Assembly (NCBI RefSeq): GCF_001194135.2
Contig: NC_068983.1
Location: forward strand, 127,206,494 to 127,246,329
From: Octopus bimaculoides
Taxonomy: Eukaryota
DNA length: 39,836 bases
Direction: 5' to 3'
The notes beneath the pieces are model-generated. The model did not search any database, had not been told where the DNA came from, and saw only the letters and a list, made by a program, of their open reading frames with translations. The stretch's first letter is position 1, and every line of letters begins with the position of its first letter. Shown in pieces: positions 23,075 through 34,525 of the stretch. A program made the position numbers and the translations under genes.

Positions 23075-23580
23075 TCTTCCACACAGAATCATTTTCTCTT
23101 CAGAATGCCACAGGTAGTAACAATCTACATCATTACTGGTATCGCTATAAACATATAGCACCCTGACTAAAGTCCTTCACACGGACGTATTATCATTACT
23201 ACTTTTCTTCCAGACAGAGAATTCACTTCCTCATTTGAATGCCGCAGGTAGTACCAGTCTACATTTTTTACCGGTTGCGCTATTAAACGTAGCGACTTGA
23301 CTAAAATTTTTCACTGTGTGTAATTCAGTTAAGTGTTAGAATTCCAGTTTTATCAAACCTTTTTCTCTTCGAAACATTTTTCAATAGAATTTATATTCTT
23401 TGCCCAGTGTGTATATTACTCTTGACTGTGTGTGGCACAGTTCTGTCCTTGTTCTATCTAGCACTGCGTGTAGTTCGACTACTCGTCTCCACTGATATCT
23501 CCCGCATTATGTCAACGTAAATTGGTTGTATGCGTGACTGACCCATATGGCGTACCTTGCCGACTGACACAGCTTACTGT
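22829..23580. repeat. Composite repeat: two ~80-bp direct repeats (22841-22920, 23500-23578) enclosing three tandem units (starts ~22920, 23099, 23235) with an internal (TAT)n
   Basis: Units share gaatgcc.cag.tagta...tctaca...tac.ggt...tagc.ac.tgact.aa...ttcac. Flanking repeats share tcccgcattatg.c.acgtaa and ccgactgacac. Confidence 0.85.
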
Positions 23581-23834
23581 GTCTGTCCACTCGCAGTGGT
23601 GGAACAGCCCACTTCTCATATGGGGGCGTCCGCCACAAAAGAGTGTATATGCTATATTTCGGAGTTTTTTTTCCTTTCATCAGCACCTATCGAATTCACT
23701 CTTTTGCCGAATATATTGATTATATAACAACTGTAATTGTATGTCTTGATGGTAGTGGTTCATTTCAAAACTGGTTTATATTTTGATACATAACCTACTA
23801 TATAAAACGGTTACCGACTTAATAGCACTTTCAA

Positions 23835-23960
23835 ATTTTGGGACAAAGCCAGCAAGTCTAAGGGAGGGGACACGTTAGTTATATTCACAGCAGTTATCAA
23901 TTGGGCGAGGCCTAGCATTTTGTCCGGTGACTTGATAATTCTGCCAGATCACAGCCTTCG
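23835..23960 (-). mobile_element. Diverged SINE fragment, reverse orientation
   Basis: ttttgggacaaagccagcaa and gcattttgtccgg...ttctgccag are reverse complements of the SINE tail and head seen at 881 and 28484. Confidence 0.5.
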
Positions 23961-26888
23961 TAACCGACTTGATGTTAGCAAAATACAAGTGCAACGAATT
24001 AACGAAACCAGTACCACATTCATCACACCAGAAAAGATTTTGAAGGTAACCATTAATATATTTTCAAAATTATTTGAAGATATATCAATATAAGAAAAGC
24101 CAGATATATTTCCTAGCAATATAAATTACTATAGTTTACCTATAGAATTAATATCTCTCAGAATACATGAAATGGTTTGTTATCCATCAACAGACGTGAC
24201 AATTTGTATACAGGAAGTAGAAAATAAATAAGCATGGTCGAAATCGGCTTTACTTCCTCTAGGGTTGATTAAATAAACCGTTAGCCAAACTGATTTAATT
24301 CATTACATCACATTAATACTCTCAGTGCTTATACGTGACTCTTTCATAGAAAGATGTAATATATATCTCACGTACATATATATTCCTCGCTCACACGCAC
24401 ACGCATTTTTGCTTGATATTGTAACATACAAAGTAACCGATATTTCTACCCAACAAATAACCTAAAAATGTTCAAATTCTATAATACCAACCATAAAGTT
24501 CGCACATTTTGCCAGTCTAAGCTGAACTTTGTATGCTATTTGTGATACATTTAATATTTCTGAATAAAAAAAAACGCGATCAAAAGGAAACAGAATATTT
24601 ACAGAACATAAAATTTAACGAATATATATTGTGACGACGCACATTAAATTTCTTGAATGCGATTACCACATTTGATTTTTCGTTGACGTCATATCCCTGA
24701 TAAATCTAAAACAATATTTTTGTTTTCATTTTCGAGCGATCAAACGGAGAAAACAAATGGGTACCGTTAACGATTTGGAATATTTATCATAAATATGTCA
24801 CTTTTGGTTTCTGTAAAAGATTTAATTAACGTCGAAATTGCATAACAATCTGTCTTATAGAGGGTAGAAACAAATTATTGCATCATACGTTCTTTTTATT
24901 ATTATGAACTTCATTATTTCTTCTACATGTTGACCGATTTTATTCAGCCAGATTTGTTTTTATCGTTTTCTTATTTCAATTCTCTGATGTATATTTACAT
25001 TTTTTTTCGTAAATCGGGAAGACAGCATTAATAAAGGATGTAAATGTGGTTGATATTAATCAACAATATATTTACGTCAGCGTTGTTATAGAATCGAGAA
25101 TATATAGAAAGACACCGGAGGTTTGATTATACTACATATTTTTTCCATTTCTTTATGTACAAGTTAGTTACGAGTTATATTATCCGCATGTCTTCGACGG
25201 AACATATATTTCTTTCAACTTGTTTCTTTTGTGTGCATTCTTATTATTAAATTCTCATTCTACACATGGTTCAGTCTTTCAATTTCTTTTTACTCTTGTG
25301 CATGATTTATGTCTGGTAGTTTCCACAAGTAATTTTTCATTCGCTCACTTTTATTGAAAATTTCGATATTCGTAGTTTTCATACTTTCCCCTTCTTTTCG
25401 TCGTTCTTTTCTTTTTTGTTCTGGTCCATCTTATTTCTTTCTTTTCTTTTTTTTTTTTTGGCTGGGTGTGTGGTAAATGTAAAGTATTTCACAACACTTT
25501 ACAGTTTGACTGGCTCTGATTTTTTCCCGTATAGAATTATGTGTACGAATATTTACATGTAGATAACTATATATCTAAATGTATATAAATGACTGATTAT
25601 CCGTGTACGCATATTGTGATGTAGATTTCTTATATTTATCTTCACTTTTTCTATCTATACCTATGTATATTTATATCTCTGTCTTGTTACCCATCAATCT
25701 ATGTACATTTATTTTAATATTTTCAACCATCAATATTTTATCTACTGACACTTGGAAATTTGATACAGACCATACACAATATAACAAAAACACATTGCTT
25801 TAGATGGTGCTCATGCTTTCGTTTATTGACAGGTGGTTACATATAATTGAAATATTCAAAGAAAGAGGAACATATGCAGTTGACTGTAATCGTAATGTAT
25901 TTCAATAATACTGCAAAAGAGCACGTTGTTTAGCATCGTCATTTGGTAAGATGAATGACCTCGTTTACTTTAAAGGGGATAGAAATATGAGAGAAGAACA
26001 GTAAATATATTGGCAGAAAATATTTCAAAGTATGTTTTATAACACGCCTTGCCTGATAGCACAAAGAGAGTAGAATAAAATAACAATTTATGACATAAAT
26101 ACTTCCTCGGAATACAATTAGTCCCTTGTCAAAATATGTGTTGTATGTGACTTAGTTTAGGAGCAATATTAGTAAAGCTGACCGAAGAATATATAAATAT
26201 ATACTTCTACTTTACTATACGAGACAAAATCGCCGTATGTTTGGATGATGGGAAATCAGTGAGATAAAAGATCTGCAAAGAAAAGTGAAATATAAATAAA
26301 CGCTGTGTAGAGAAAACCGACAGCATATTTACCTGCAGGGAAACTGGTGTGTATAAAATATAAAGAAATGACCTGAATTTAATACTATTAGTTTGGTATA
26401 TTTTAACTGAATCCATTTTGATATTTTTATATTATATGATGCTAGAAAATGCACATATAAGTCAAACTGACGCATATACATGTCAACAGTTTACCAAGTA
26501 AGATACAGAGTATCAAGCAAGGGGTTTTAAGTTTGTAGCTCCAAGCCAAANNNNNNNNNNAGATATACTATGATTTGATGCGGTTAATATCGGTTCTAGG
26601 CATTCAATAGAAAGATACGCTAATTTCAAAAAAAAAAAAAAATGTGTAATAAATTATGATTTTATAATGCACATCTTGAAAGACACTACATTTTGCATGA
26701 ATGAAGACGCGTATGCCGCCATATATGATTATATATCGTATTTGTATATTTATGGACGAGTGTGTTAGCGATTAAGAGAAAATTCAAAACCATGGAAGGT
26801 ATACTACGGCTTGATGTAATGCACTTTGTTGATGCGTGCTTCAAGTTCGAATCCATGGAGTACATAATACATAACGTGGTATGCCTAA

Positions 26889-27100
26889 TACAGTTCTATA
26901 TTTTAGAGATGAGGAATTACGTACGTTATTTACATTATATACAATAGATGGATATTTGTTCTAATATTGTCTGCTGTTAACACAACGTTTCGACTGATAT
27001 AGCCTACAGCCTTCATCAGGTGTCTTGGGGAAATTTCGAACCTGGGTTCTCATTCCAAAGGTATTTTCGATGTTATAGTTGTTTCTATTATTATTATTAA
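26889..27100 (-). mobile_element. Short repeat element hosting the hammerhead, bounded by a (TAT)n run
   Basis: Mixed-composition block between TA at 26889 and a degenerate (TAT)n at ~27085-27100. Boundaries are inferred. Confidence 0.5.
26979..27024 (-). ncRNA. Minimal type I hammerhead ribozyme motif (Penelope-like/retrozyme architecture)
   Basis: Minus strand GACAC-CUGAUGA-A-GGCUG-UAGGCUAUAU-CAGUC-GAAA-CG-U-U-GUGUU. Helix I GACAC/GUGUU, helix II GGCUG/CAGUC, intact core, palindromic ACGU helix III, GUU cleavage triplet. Confidence 0.8.
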
Positions 27101-27734
27101 TTTTATTAATCCTTTGTACATATAAACTCCACCAGAGCACCAGTTTTACACGTTGTTATAAGTATTGCTTCTGAAAAAGTTCATTTTTTGAAATGATCTC
27201 TATCGAACAGTAATCTAGTTCTAGATGAATATTTATTTTAATGCTAATAGACAATAATGAATTATATAAAACCTTAAATAAATAAATTATATTGCGAACA
27301 ATTTTATAAATATGGATGAAGGTAAAAGTACTTTAAGGCTAAATATTGAAATAAATGAAAACGAGTGTAGTGTAAAATTAATAATTCTAGATGCCTACAT
27401 ACAAAAAATATAGTATCTCAGAGAATAAAAATGGTGCAAGCTGCACATATTGTTGATGAAAAAAAACTACGTCATTCATACAAGCATAAATCTCTGACAA
27501 TTATGACAACATTTTCCATTGGTTTTCATTGAAATGTATTGAAAGAATATCTGATAGTTTTAAGTGTTACACTTTATGACATTTACGTTTAGTCATCATC
27601 AACGAAATAAAATACATCAATTGTTTAATCCTCTGAATGCACGTATGAATTTACATGTTTTAACTATTAGAGTTTACTGCTATAGATGAATGTGTACGAC
27701 AAATATTGCCTTCATACTTAGAATTACATTGTAA

Positions 27735-28035
27735 AAGTGTGTAGCCAAGTCATTAGGTTACGATTGTAAGGTGGGAGTTGGAACCCAGCGGCGTATACCA
27801 GATGAAGACACTTTATTTCAGATTACTCCACCCACGCAGCTGCCATAATTGAGTTGTACCTTTATTTCAAAGGGCCAGCCTCGTCACATTCGGCATCATT
27901 TTGAATCTCCCTGATAATTACGTTAAGGGTATACATGATTGTCAAGTGCGCAGTGAGAATATGTTAATTTCGGGTACGGGCTGTTCCGGTGATCGGAACA
28001 ACTAGAAACTTACTTGGTGTAACCGAGGGATTTCT
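27735..28035 (+). mobile_element. tRNA-derived SINE of the second family, diverged
   Basis: Head with gagttggaacccag; body gttgtacctttatttcaaagggccagcc...tacgttaagggta...ggctgttccggtgatcggaacaact, homologous to the reversed copy at 1828-1930. Confidence 0.7.
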
Positions 28036-28483
28036 AGTTGCAATGCTCGTTATTAAATATAGATATAGGAATGACCGTTTATTTGTGGAAAGTCAATACA
28101 AAGACCACGTTTTCGGCGCTGAAGTGGTAAACTAATAATTCATGTAAGATACTTCAGTTTAGGAGATAAACGGTTGCTTTTGAAAACTCTATTAATCTTG
28201 GTGTTTTCTACATACTTCATATTGTTCAAAGTGAATCAAACACTGTCTAGCAGTTCGGCTTAACATGGATCATTTGATAGGTTTAGTAAATTAACCTTTT
28301 AATTGATCTCAAATACAAATCTTTATAAGTTGACATAGGAAATGCGAAAATAAATTACTATTTCATTGCTCTGCCTGTGAACTAATGATGCAAGCGTCAT
28401 GATTGATATCACGAAATTAGCAATGTTATGTAGTTGAAAATACTAGTGTTACAGCCATTCATTGCTTAATATATTAATATGTG

Positions 28484-28700
28484 TAGGCGGCGAGCTGGCA
28501 AAAAAGTTAGCACGCCGGGCGAAATGCTTAGTGGTATTTCGTCTGTCTTTACGTTCTGTGTTCAAATTCCGCCGAGATCGACTTTGCCTGTCAACCTTTA
28601 GGGGTCAATAAATTAAGTACCAGTTGCGTACTGTAGTCGATCTAATCGACTGGCTCCCTCCCCACTCCAAATTTCGGGCCTTGTGCCTAGAGTAGACAAG
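28484..28700 (+). mobile_element. Full-length tRNA-derived SINE with a 16-bp target-site duplication
   Basis: Head ggcggcgagctggca, B-box-like gttcaaattccgcc, tail ggccttgtgcctagagtagacaag. Flanked by identical aatatattaatatgtg at 28468-28483 and 28701-28716. Confidence 0.93.
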
Positions 28701-29406
28701 AATATATTAATATGTGAAGTTTGTAAAATAAAGTGATTGCTGCAATAGAGAAGCGACCATAACAGACTATTTAGTTTGGCTCCTTTTCATTTATGAATAT
28801 CGAACATCACAGATTCACATTAAAAATGCCTCATTCTATGTAGCATTGGCTAAGACATAGGAACAATGGGCATGTTTATTTACATCACAAATTCGCACTT
28901 AAATATAAAGGTTAAGTAAGATTCGCACCAAATTATGTACATCACGGTATCGTGTTTTGGTTTCACCGCTTACAAGATTTAGATTATTTTCTGCAACATA
29001 AGCATAAGCATTTTCATATTTCTCTTATTCAATAAATCTTTTCAATAGTGTACATTTCCATTTCTGCTTCTGCTACAATTTTGAAAATTACTGTTTTTGG
29101 AATTGCTTATGTAATATGCGGAAGTAATGAAGCAAACTCCGATTTCATGAATAATTATTTCCATTAGAAAATCTCATTTAAATTGTTGAAAGATGTCGAT
29201 TTTTTTCCATCTACTCATTCTGTATGGAAAATATTCAATGCTATATGTCACCNNNNNNNNNNNNNNNNNNNNNNNNNNNNNNNNNNNNNNNNNNNNNNNN
29301 NNNNNNNNNNNNNNNNNNNNNNNNNNNNNNNNNNNNNNNNNNNNNNNNNNNNNNNNNNNNNNNNNNNNNNNNNNNNNNNNNNNNNNNNNNNNNNNNNNNN
29401 NNNNNN

Positions 29407-29460
29407 ATATGCGTGTGCGTATATGCGTGTGCGTATATGCGTGTGCGTATATGCGTGTGT
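29407..29460. repeat. 14-bp tandem repeat (atatgcgtgtgcgt), about 3.8 copies, abutting a gap
   Basis: Direct reading. Confidence 0.95.
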
Positions 29461-29881
29461 GAATGAAATTTATAGCTTTAAGGAGTTATATTGTGCACAT
29501 TTTTAGACAGTGAGGACTAGCATAGCAAGGAACGTCAGTTTTATGAAGTGATATACCCTACGTTCGCAGAAGAAGATTGAGGTGTTGAGTTATATCCTTG
29601 ATATGCGTAACATTTGTAATCCTTACCTTCAATTTAAGGATGTTGTTAAGCGTCAGTTAATGGCAGTGTTAGAAGGCTAACGTAATGCATGTAGTTTGTT
29701 TGCGGAAGATTCCCAACACGAGAATGGCTGTAAATTTCCACGTCTTAAGAACGGTATGATATTGGGTATATACAGGAAAAAGAATATAGATGTAATGAAT
29801 TAAGTTAAGACTACTCAGCTGTCCCAGTGGAGGATTTCAATATGGGAGATGCTCGAAACATTGATACAGAGAAATGGGTTA

Positions 29882-31535
29882 CTCTGAACACCGGGGTAAA
29901 TTTGAACAAAATATATTTTGTTTGCTCTTATTGCTTGTTGCTAAAATTTCTCACAGAGAATTTTTTAAATGTGTTCGACTTTAGAATTATATTCGTATGG
30001 TAGTATGATTTCAATACATAAAGTAAACTTTGTAAATATAACTTTGATTATCCACTCAAAGAAAGAATTTGTTAACTTCTTCAAATTCCAGCCAAACAAA
30101 TAGTTTTGCAAGATATGAATACTTCTGTCAGTAACTAAAGCACTTCTTGCATTGAAGATACAAGCTATTGTTAAAATATGATGTTAATATATCCTGTTAA
30201 TAATTTTTATTTTGAAGCGTCTTTATAACTTTCGTATCTTTGGAAAAACTTGTGTATCATGACATGTACCACCTTTAATTATCCAGCGGGCGTTACATTG
30301 AACGCCGTTGAAATTAACACAGATCACTGTTTACGGCAGTAAGCAAGGTGCTACCATCCAATTCCACGCATATGCTTTAACCACTTGACGTGGTATTCTA
30401 TGGGCCTCTTAAAAAATGTTGGAGAAAAATCTTAAATCATTGAATGTCTTACGGCAGGAAGAACTCGAAGAGGTTAACTAAAGATGTTTTCCTGCTCTGC
30501 TCACACAGCTGCATGCTTCTCTCTTTCCCCACGGTGTCAATCACAGCAAGAATCTGGAAAGTGGGTTCATGAAATGTGGAATTCACACTTTTGATCCAGA
30601 CAAAGTTTTGGATCAGCTACCAGATCAGGAAGGGAGCAAAGAAGACGATGAAGTTATGAATGTAAGAGTTTGGGGTGTTGTTTGGGAAATGCTAAAATCA
30701 ATAAGAGGAGTGGATGAGAGCACACAAAGAAGACACGAAAAAGGTGGCAAATGTATACGTGCTGAGGACATCAGTGATTCTGGTAGTGAAATGATGGCCA
30801 CCAGTTCATTAGCAGTTATAGAGAAGCATGGAGAATGATAGCAGCAAGAGAATTTTCATGTGCATGAAGAACTAAACTCAGTGGGTAGTGATGTTTCTAT
30901 GAATAAATATCACAGGCGCTCTGGTACATCAGACATTGCAAAAGCAGAAAACACAGAAATACAAAGTATTTTTTTTTCTAGAAACTTTGTAATCGTAAGG
31001 AATGGGGGGCAAACTTTTCCCGATCAAATGATCTCAACTGGAAGCGATGAAGCACTTGTGTCGTCATTGACAAAATGTAAAAGGATAGGGTGGAGGTTGT
31101 CACTGAAGGAGGATAATATCGTCTACGACTGGGAAAATGTGGTGCAAATGAAAATAAGAGATTCCCCTGAAGAACAGGGGATTTTATCAATTTTCTGACC
31201 TAGAACAAGAATGGGGAATATAAAATGTGACTTAATAATAACTGACATTTTTCTTTAGTACTAAAACACTTAAAGCTGTTCATTGACTTGTATTTTGCAT
31301 TTGTTAATAAGAAACATTACTATTCAAAGTAACCCCAAATCAGGGGGTTATTTTGAGCAGCTACAATTATACAAAAAAAATGTAATCAAAAGTTTACTGC
31401 AGCTTACTTTTATTTCATATATCAATTTACCTATTTAGTCCCCCTAGCATAGTAAAATTTAGTGAAGATTGAAAAAGGTTATGAAATTATTGCAATAAGA
31501 AGTCTAAAACTGTTCAAATTAACCCTGTTTCACGG
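29882..31535 (+). mobile_element. pogo/Tigger-type DNA transposon, internally deleted, with both TIRs and TA TSD
   Basis: Left end TA|ctctgaacaccggggtaaatttgaaca; right end tgttcaaattaaccctgtttcacgg|TA (reverse complement ccgtgaaacagggttaatttgaaca). Translation from ~30355 gives LPSNSTHML*PLDVVFYGPLKKCWRKIL...KDVFPALL...NLESGFMKCGIHTFDPDKVLDQLP (DDE_1 LP.NSTH.LQPLD and SGF.KCGI.P motifs), then an acidic linker and a C-terminal domain to 31198. Confidence 0.9.
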
Positions 31536-31537
31536 TA

Positions 31538-31553
31538 TACACACACACACACA

Positions 31554-31589
<36 letters not shown>
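31538..31589. repeat. (CA)n microsatellite at the pogo right junction
   Basis: Direct reading. Confidence 0.95.
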
Positions 31590-31591
<2 letters not shown>

Positions 31592-31609
31592 CTTTTGTTG
31601 ATGACGACG

Positions 31610-31815
31610 TATGACCGGTCAGCCTTTGCCGAGTGACCCGCAGAATTAATATGTTTGTAGTGATCAAATGTATGTGCCGTACATTACCTCACCTCCTCCA
31701 CCAAATCAACGTTGCCTGAATACGCGTCAGGAGTCGAAGTGATTGCAGAGCTCAAGAACCTTATGCACCACCCGGCAATCGTGAGTGCAACACCTTGATC
31801 ACTGCACCATGCGCT
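31610..31815 (-). mobile_element. Diverged SINE, reverse orientation
   Basis: gctcaagaac...aatcgtgagtgcaacaccttgatcactgcaccatgcgc is the reverse complement of a tRNA/CORE-like head as at 14672. Confidence 0.6.
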
Positions 31816-32071
31816 TTCTCTTTCTCTCTCTTGCACACACATACACACACACGAGCACACATATATGTATAGATAGAGAGTGACAGAGAGACAAGTGGAG
31901 AAAGATTGAGAGAGGAGAAGAATCGAAGCGAGCAGTATTCAGCATTTACTTATTCCATTCCAGAGAGAAACCAACTGAGTTGTTTGTCAAATGCTCTGCA
32001 AGGATGAGCGGGCACTATCGAATATTGAATAATATAGTAGTGTCTAAAATATATTTCTTGGGCGATAAAAC

Positions 32072-32105
<34 letters not shown>

Positions 32106-32231
32106 GGATGAGGATGATGATGATGGTGGTGGTGGTGGTGATGATGATGATGATGATGAGGAGGAGTATGATGATGATGGTGGTGGCGGTGATGATGATG
32201 ATGAGGATGATGATGATGGTGGTGGTGGTGG

Positions 32232-32264
<33 letters not shown>

Positions 32265-32440
32265 GGAGGAGGAGGACGAGGAGGAGGATGAGGATGATAA
32301 TGATGATGGTGGTGGTAGTGATGATGATGATGACGACGATGACGACGATGACGACGATAATGCTGATAATGACAAGGTTGACAATGAGACAAATTCAATG
32401 ACGACGACGACGACGAGGATGATAATAATAATAATAATAT
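32072..32440. repeat. Compound trinucleotide microsatellite (GAT/GGT/GAG/GAC/AAT)
   Basis: Direct reading; source of the poly-His, poly-Ser and poly-Met ORFs. Confidence 0.95.
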
Positions 32441-34283
32441 GGAGGTAAATGACAAAAACAATTGTCATTAATATAAATCTTAATTATTGTATTTTTGTTG
32501 AATGAAAAATGAATACTCTGTTTGTTTAAATTGACATTATCGTTGTGTATTTAACATATTTGTGTTCACAAAGAAATTCACGATAATTGAAACGTTCTCC
32601 AATTCAGAAAAGACGCTTATCGGAAGATAAATCTTTTATCGAAAAGGAAGGTGTGAATTTCATTTTCTTCAATTTTTCATATCATGCATTTTATTTTATT
32701 TCTATTTTGTTAATACATTTCAAAAAATTAACACTATGTTAATGATATTCAGGGACACCCTTTAAGTTATAGATTGTTGCCATTTTAAATATGATATTGT
32801 TAATTCTCTGGAGTACAGCACTAAGGTATCTTTCACAACTGTTTAAACTCAGAGAGGTATACTGATAATGGAGTCGTTAAAAATAATTGTTCACGATACA
32901 ATGTATCAAGTAAATAAAGATATATCACCCATACGAGCAGTCTCTCTATCTATTAAGCCACATGAATCATAGTTCCTTAAATTTATTGCGACATTTGTAA
33001 TTGTTTCGATGACGTCTTCAAGTGAAAGAATCTCTGACAAGCAAAATAACAAAGATAAATAAAATACTGTGATAGTGCTTCATAGAAGAGAACCAATAGA
33101 GTAAGTGAGGCAAAGAGAAAGGAGGTGAGACTGCGGGAACATCAGAAGAGTGAGAAAATGAAAGAATAGATATTTGAGTTCTTGTCGACAGTGAAGGAAA
33201 TAAAAATAAATCTTGTCAGATAATATAGATTTTAATTCTTAATAGTCATCACCAGCATTTCCCTCTCAGTTTCTTTCGATTTTTCTCCTTATATATGTAT
33301 ACGTATACATATGCATACACAAACATACACACACACGCACACACGCACACACACACACNNNNNNNNNNNNNNNNNNNNNNNNNNNNNNNNNNNNNNNNNN
33401 NNNNNNNNNNNNNNNNNNNNNNNNNNNNNNNNNNNNNNNNNNNNNNNNNNNNNNNNNNNNNNNNNNNNNNNNNNNNNNNNNNNNNNNNNNNNNNNNNNNN
33501 NNGTATATTCTCTCCTATATATATATGTATATATATTTGCACACACACACGCACACAGACATACACACACATATATATGCACATATATTCGCAAGCACTT
33601 ACGTTTATTGATCGTGTGATATTTAAATCAAGGAAGTGGTAACTACATAACATATATGTGTATTGTATTGTCCCGATCAGAACAAAAGACTTTCACTGTC
33701 AGAGAACCAGAGAGAAAACAAAGGCATACAATATAAATTTTACTGCTATTCACTCTTTAAGAATAAGCGTTCTGATTATGCTTATATCCCCTCTACCAAT
33801 GGGATTTTACAAAATGTCTAATCAGCATAGATACTTATACGTTACCATCGAATTCAATATGTAAGCCGTGTTTTAAAGATAATGCGTTAAATAATCATTC
33901 CAATTTCATATACCAAGTCCTCCAAATGAATTATATCACATATAGATTTTTACCCTATTCCATGCAGGAACCGACTTAACAATCAAATTTCCAGAATATG
34001 CGTGGAACATGAATCTGAGATTTGTTTTGCTTAATTCTAAATAAAAACTGTAACACATTGCAATGAATTACTAAGAAGCTATTGAATTCTGACATTTTCG
34101 ACATGCTACTAACTCGGAGGAGTGATAAATGCCAACCAGTAACCATTACGGTCAGAAAACTATGTATAACTTAGTTTGCTAATAATTTATTACTCCACTT
34201 TGAAGTGCCGATTTATTTACACAACATTTTCTCCCGTCTTTCTGTGACCGAATTAATCGTTTGCATAAATTTTAGTAAATGTA

Positions 34284-34339
<56 letters not shown>

Positions 34340-34341
34340 AC

Positions 34342-34391
<50 letters not shown>
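34284..34391. repeat. (CTA)n followed by (TTA)n compound microsatellite
   Basis: Direct reading. Confidence 0.95.
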
Positions 34392-34392
<1 letters not shown>

Positions 34393-34394
34393 GC

Positions 34395-34525
34395 TATGTT
34401 CAAATTTCGTTCAAATTTAGCAGTCAACTTAGCTTTCCATTCTTTCTGAGTCTATAGAATAAGTAGCAATTCAGTACTGGGGTCGAAATTGCGTGCCTCA
34501 TGCCAAAATTTGAAACTATTATTCT
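34395..34525 (+). mobile_element. SINE 3' portion, family of 28484
   Basis: gtcaacttagctttccattctttctgagtc...aataagtagc...gtactggggtcga...gcctcatgccaaaatttgaaac is collinear with the SINE consensus seen at 881 and 28484. Confidence 0.65.

Noticed and set aside
22920-23315. CRISPR-like repeat-spacer array
   Set aside because: Eukaryotic context, long diverged units, microsatellite rather than unique spacers, and no cas genes.
23978-24050. Candidate plus-strand micro-exon (KIQVQRINETSTTFITPEKILK|GTAACC)
   Set aside because: Short, no homology, poor polypyrimidine tract, and adjacent to a SINE fragment.
28484-28570. tRNA gene
   Set aside because: tRNA-like boxes belong to a SINE head; no complete cloverleaf. 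No rRNA or bona fide tRNA gene was recognised in the window.
31950-32468. Poly-Ser, poly-His and poly-Met ORFs
   Set aside because: They are translations of a compound trinucleotide microsatellite, open in several frames with no unique coding flanks.
32998-33030. UUGAAGA...GAAAC-AAUU on the minus strand as another hammerhead
   Set aside because: No helix II, C3 missing, and no UH cleavage site.
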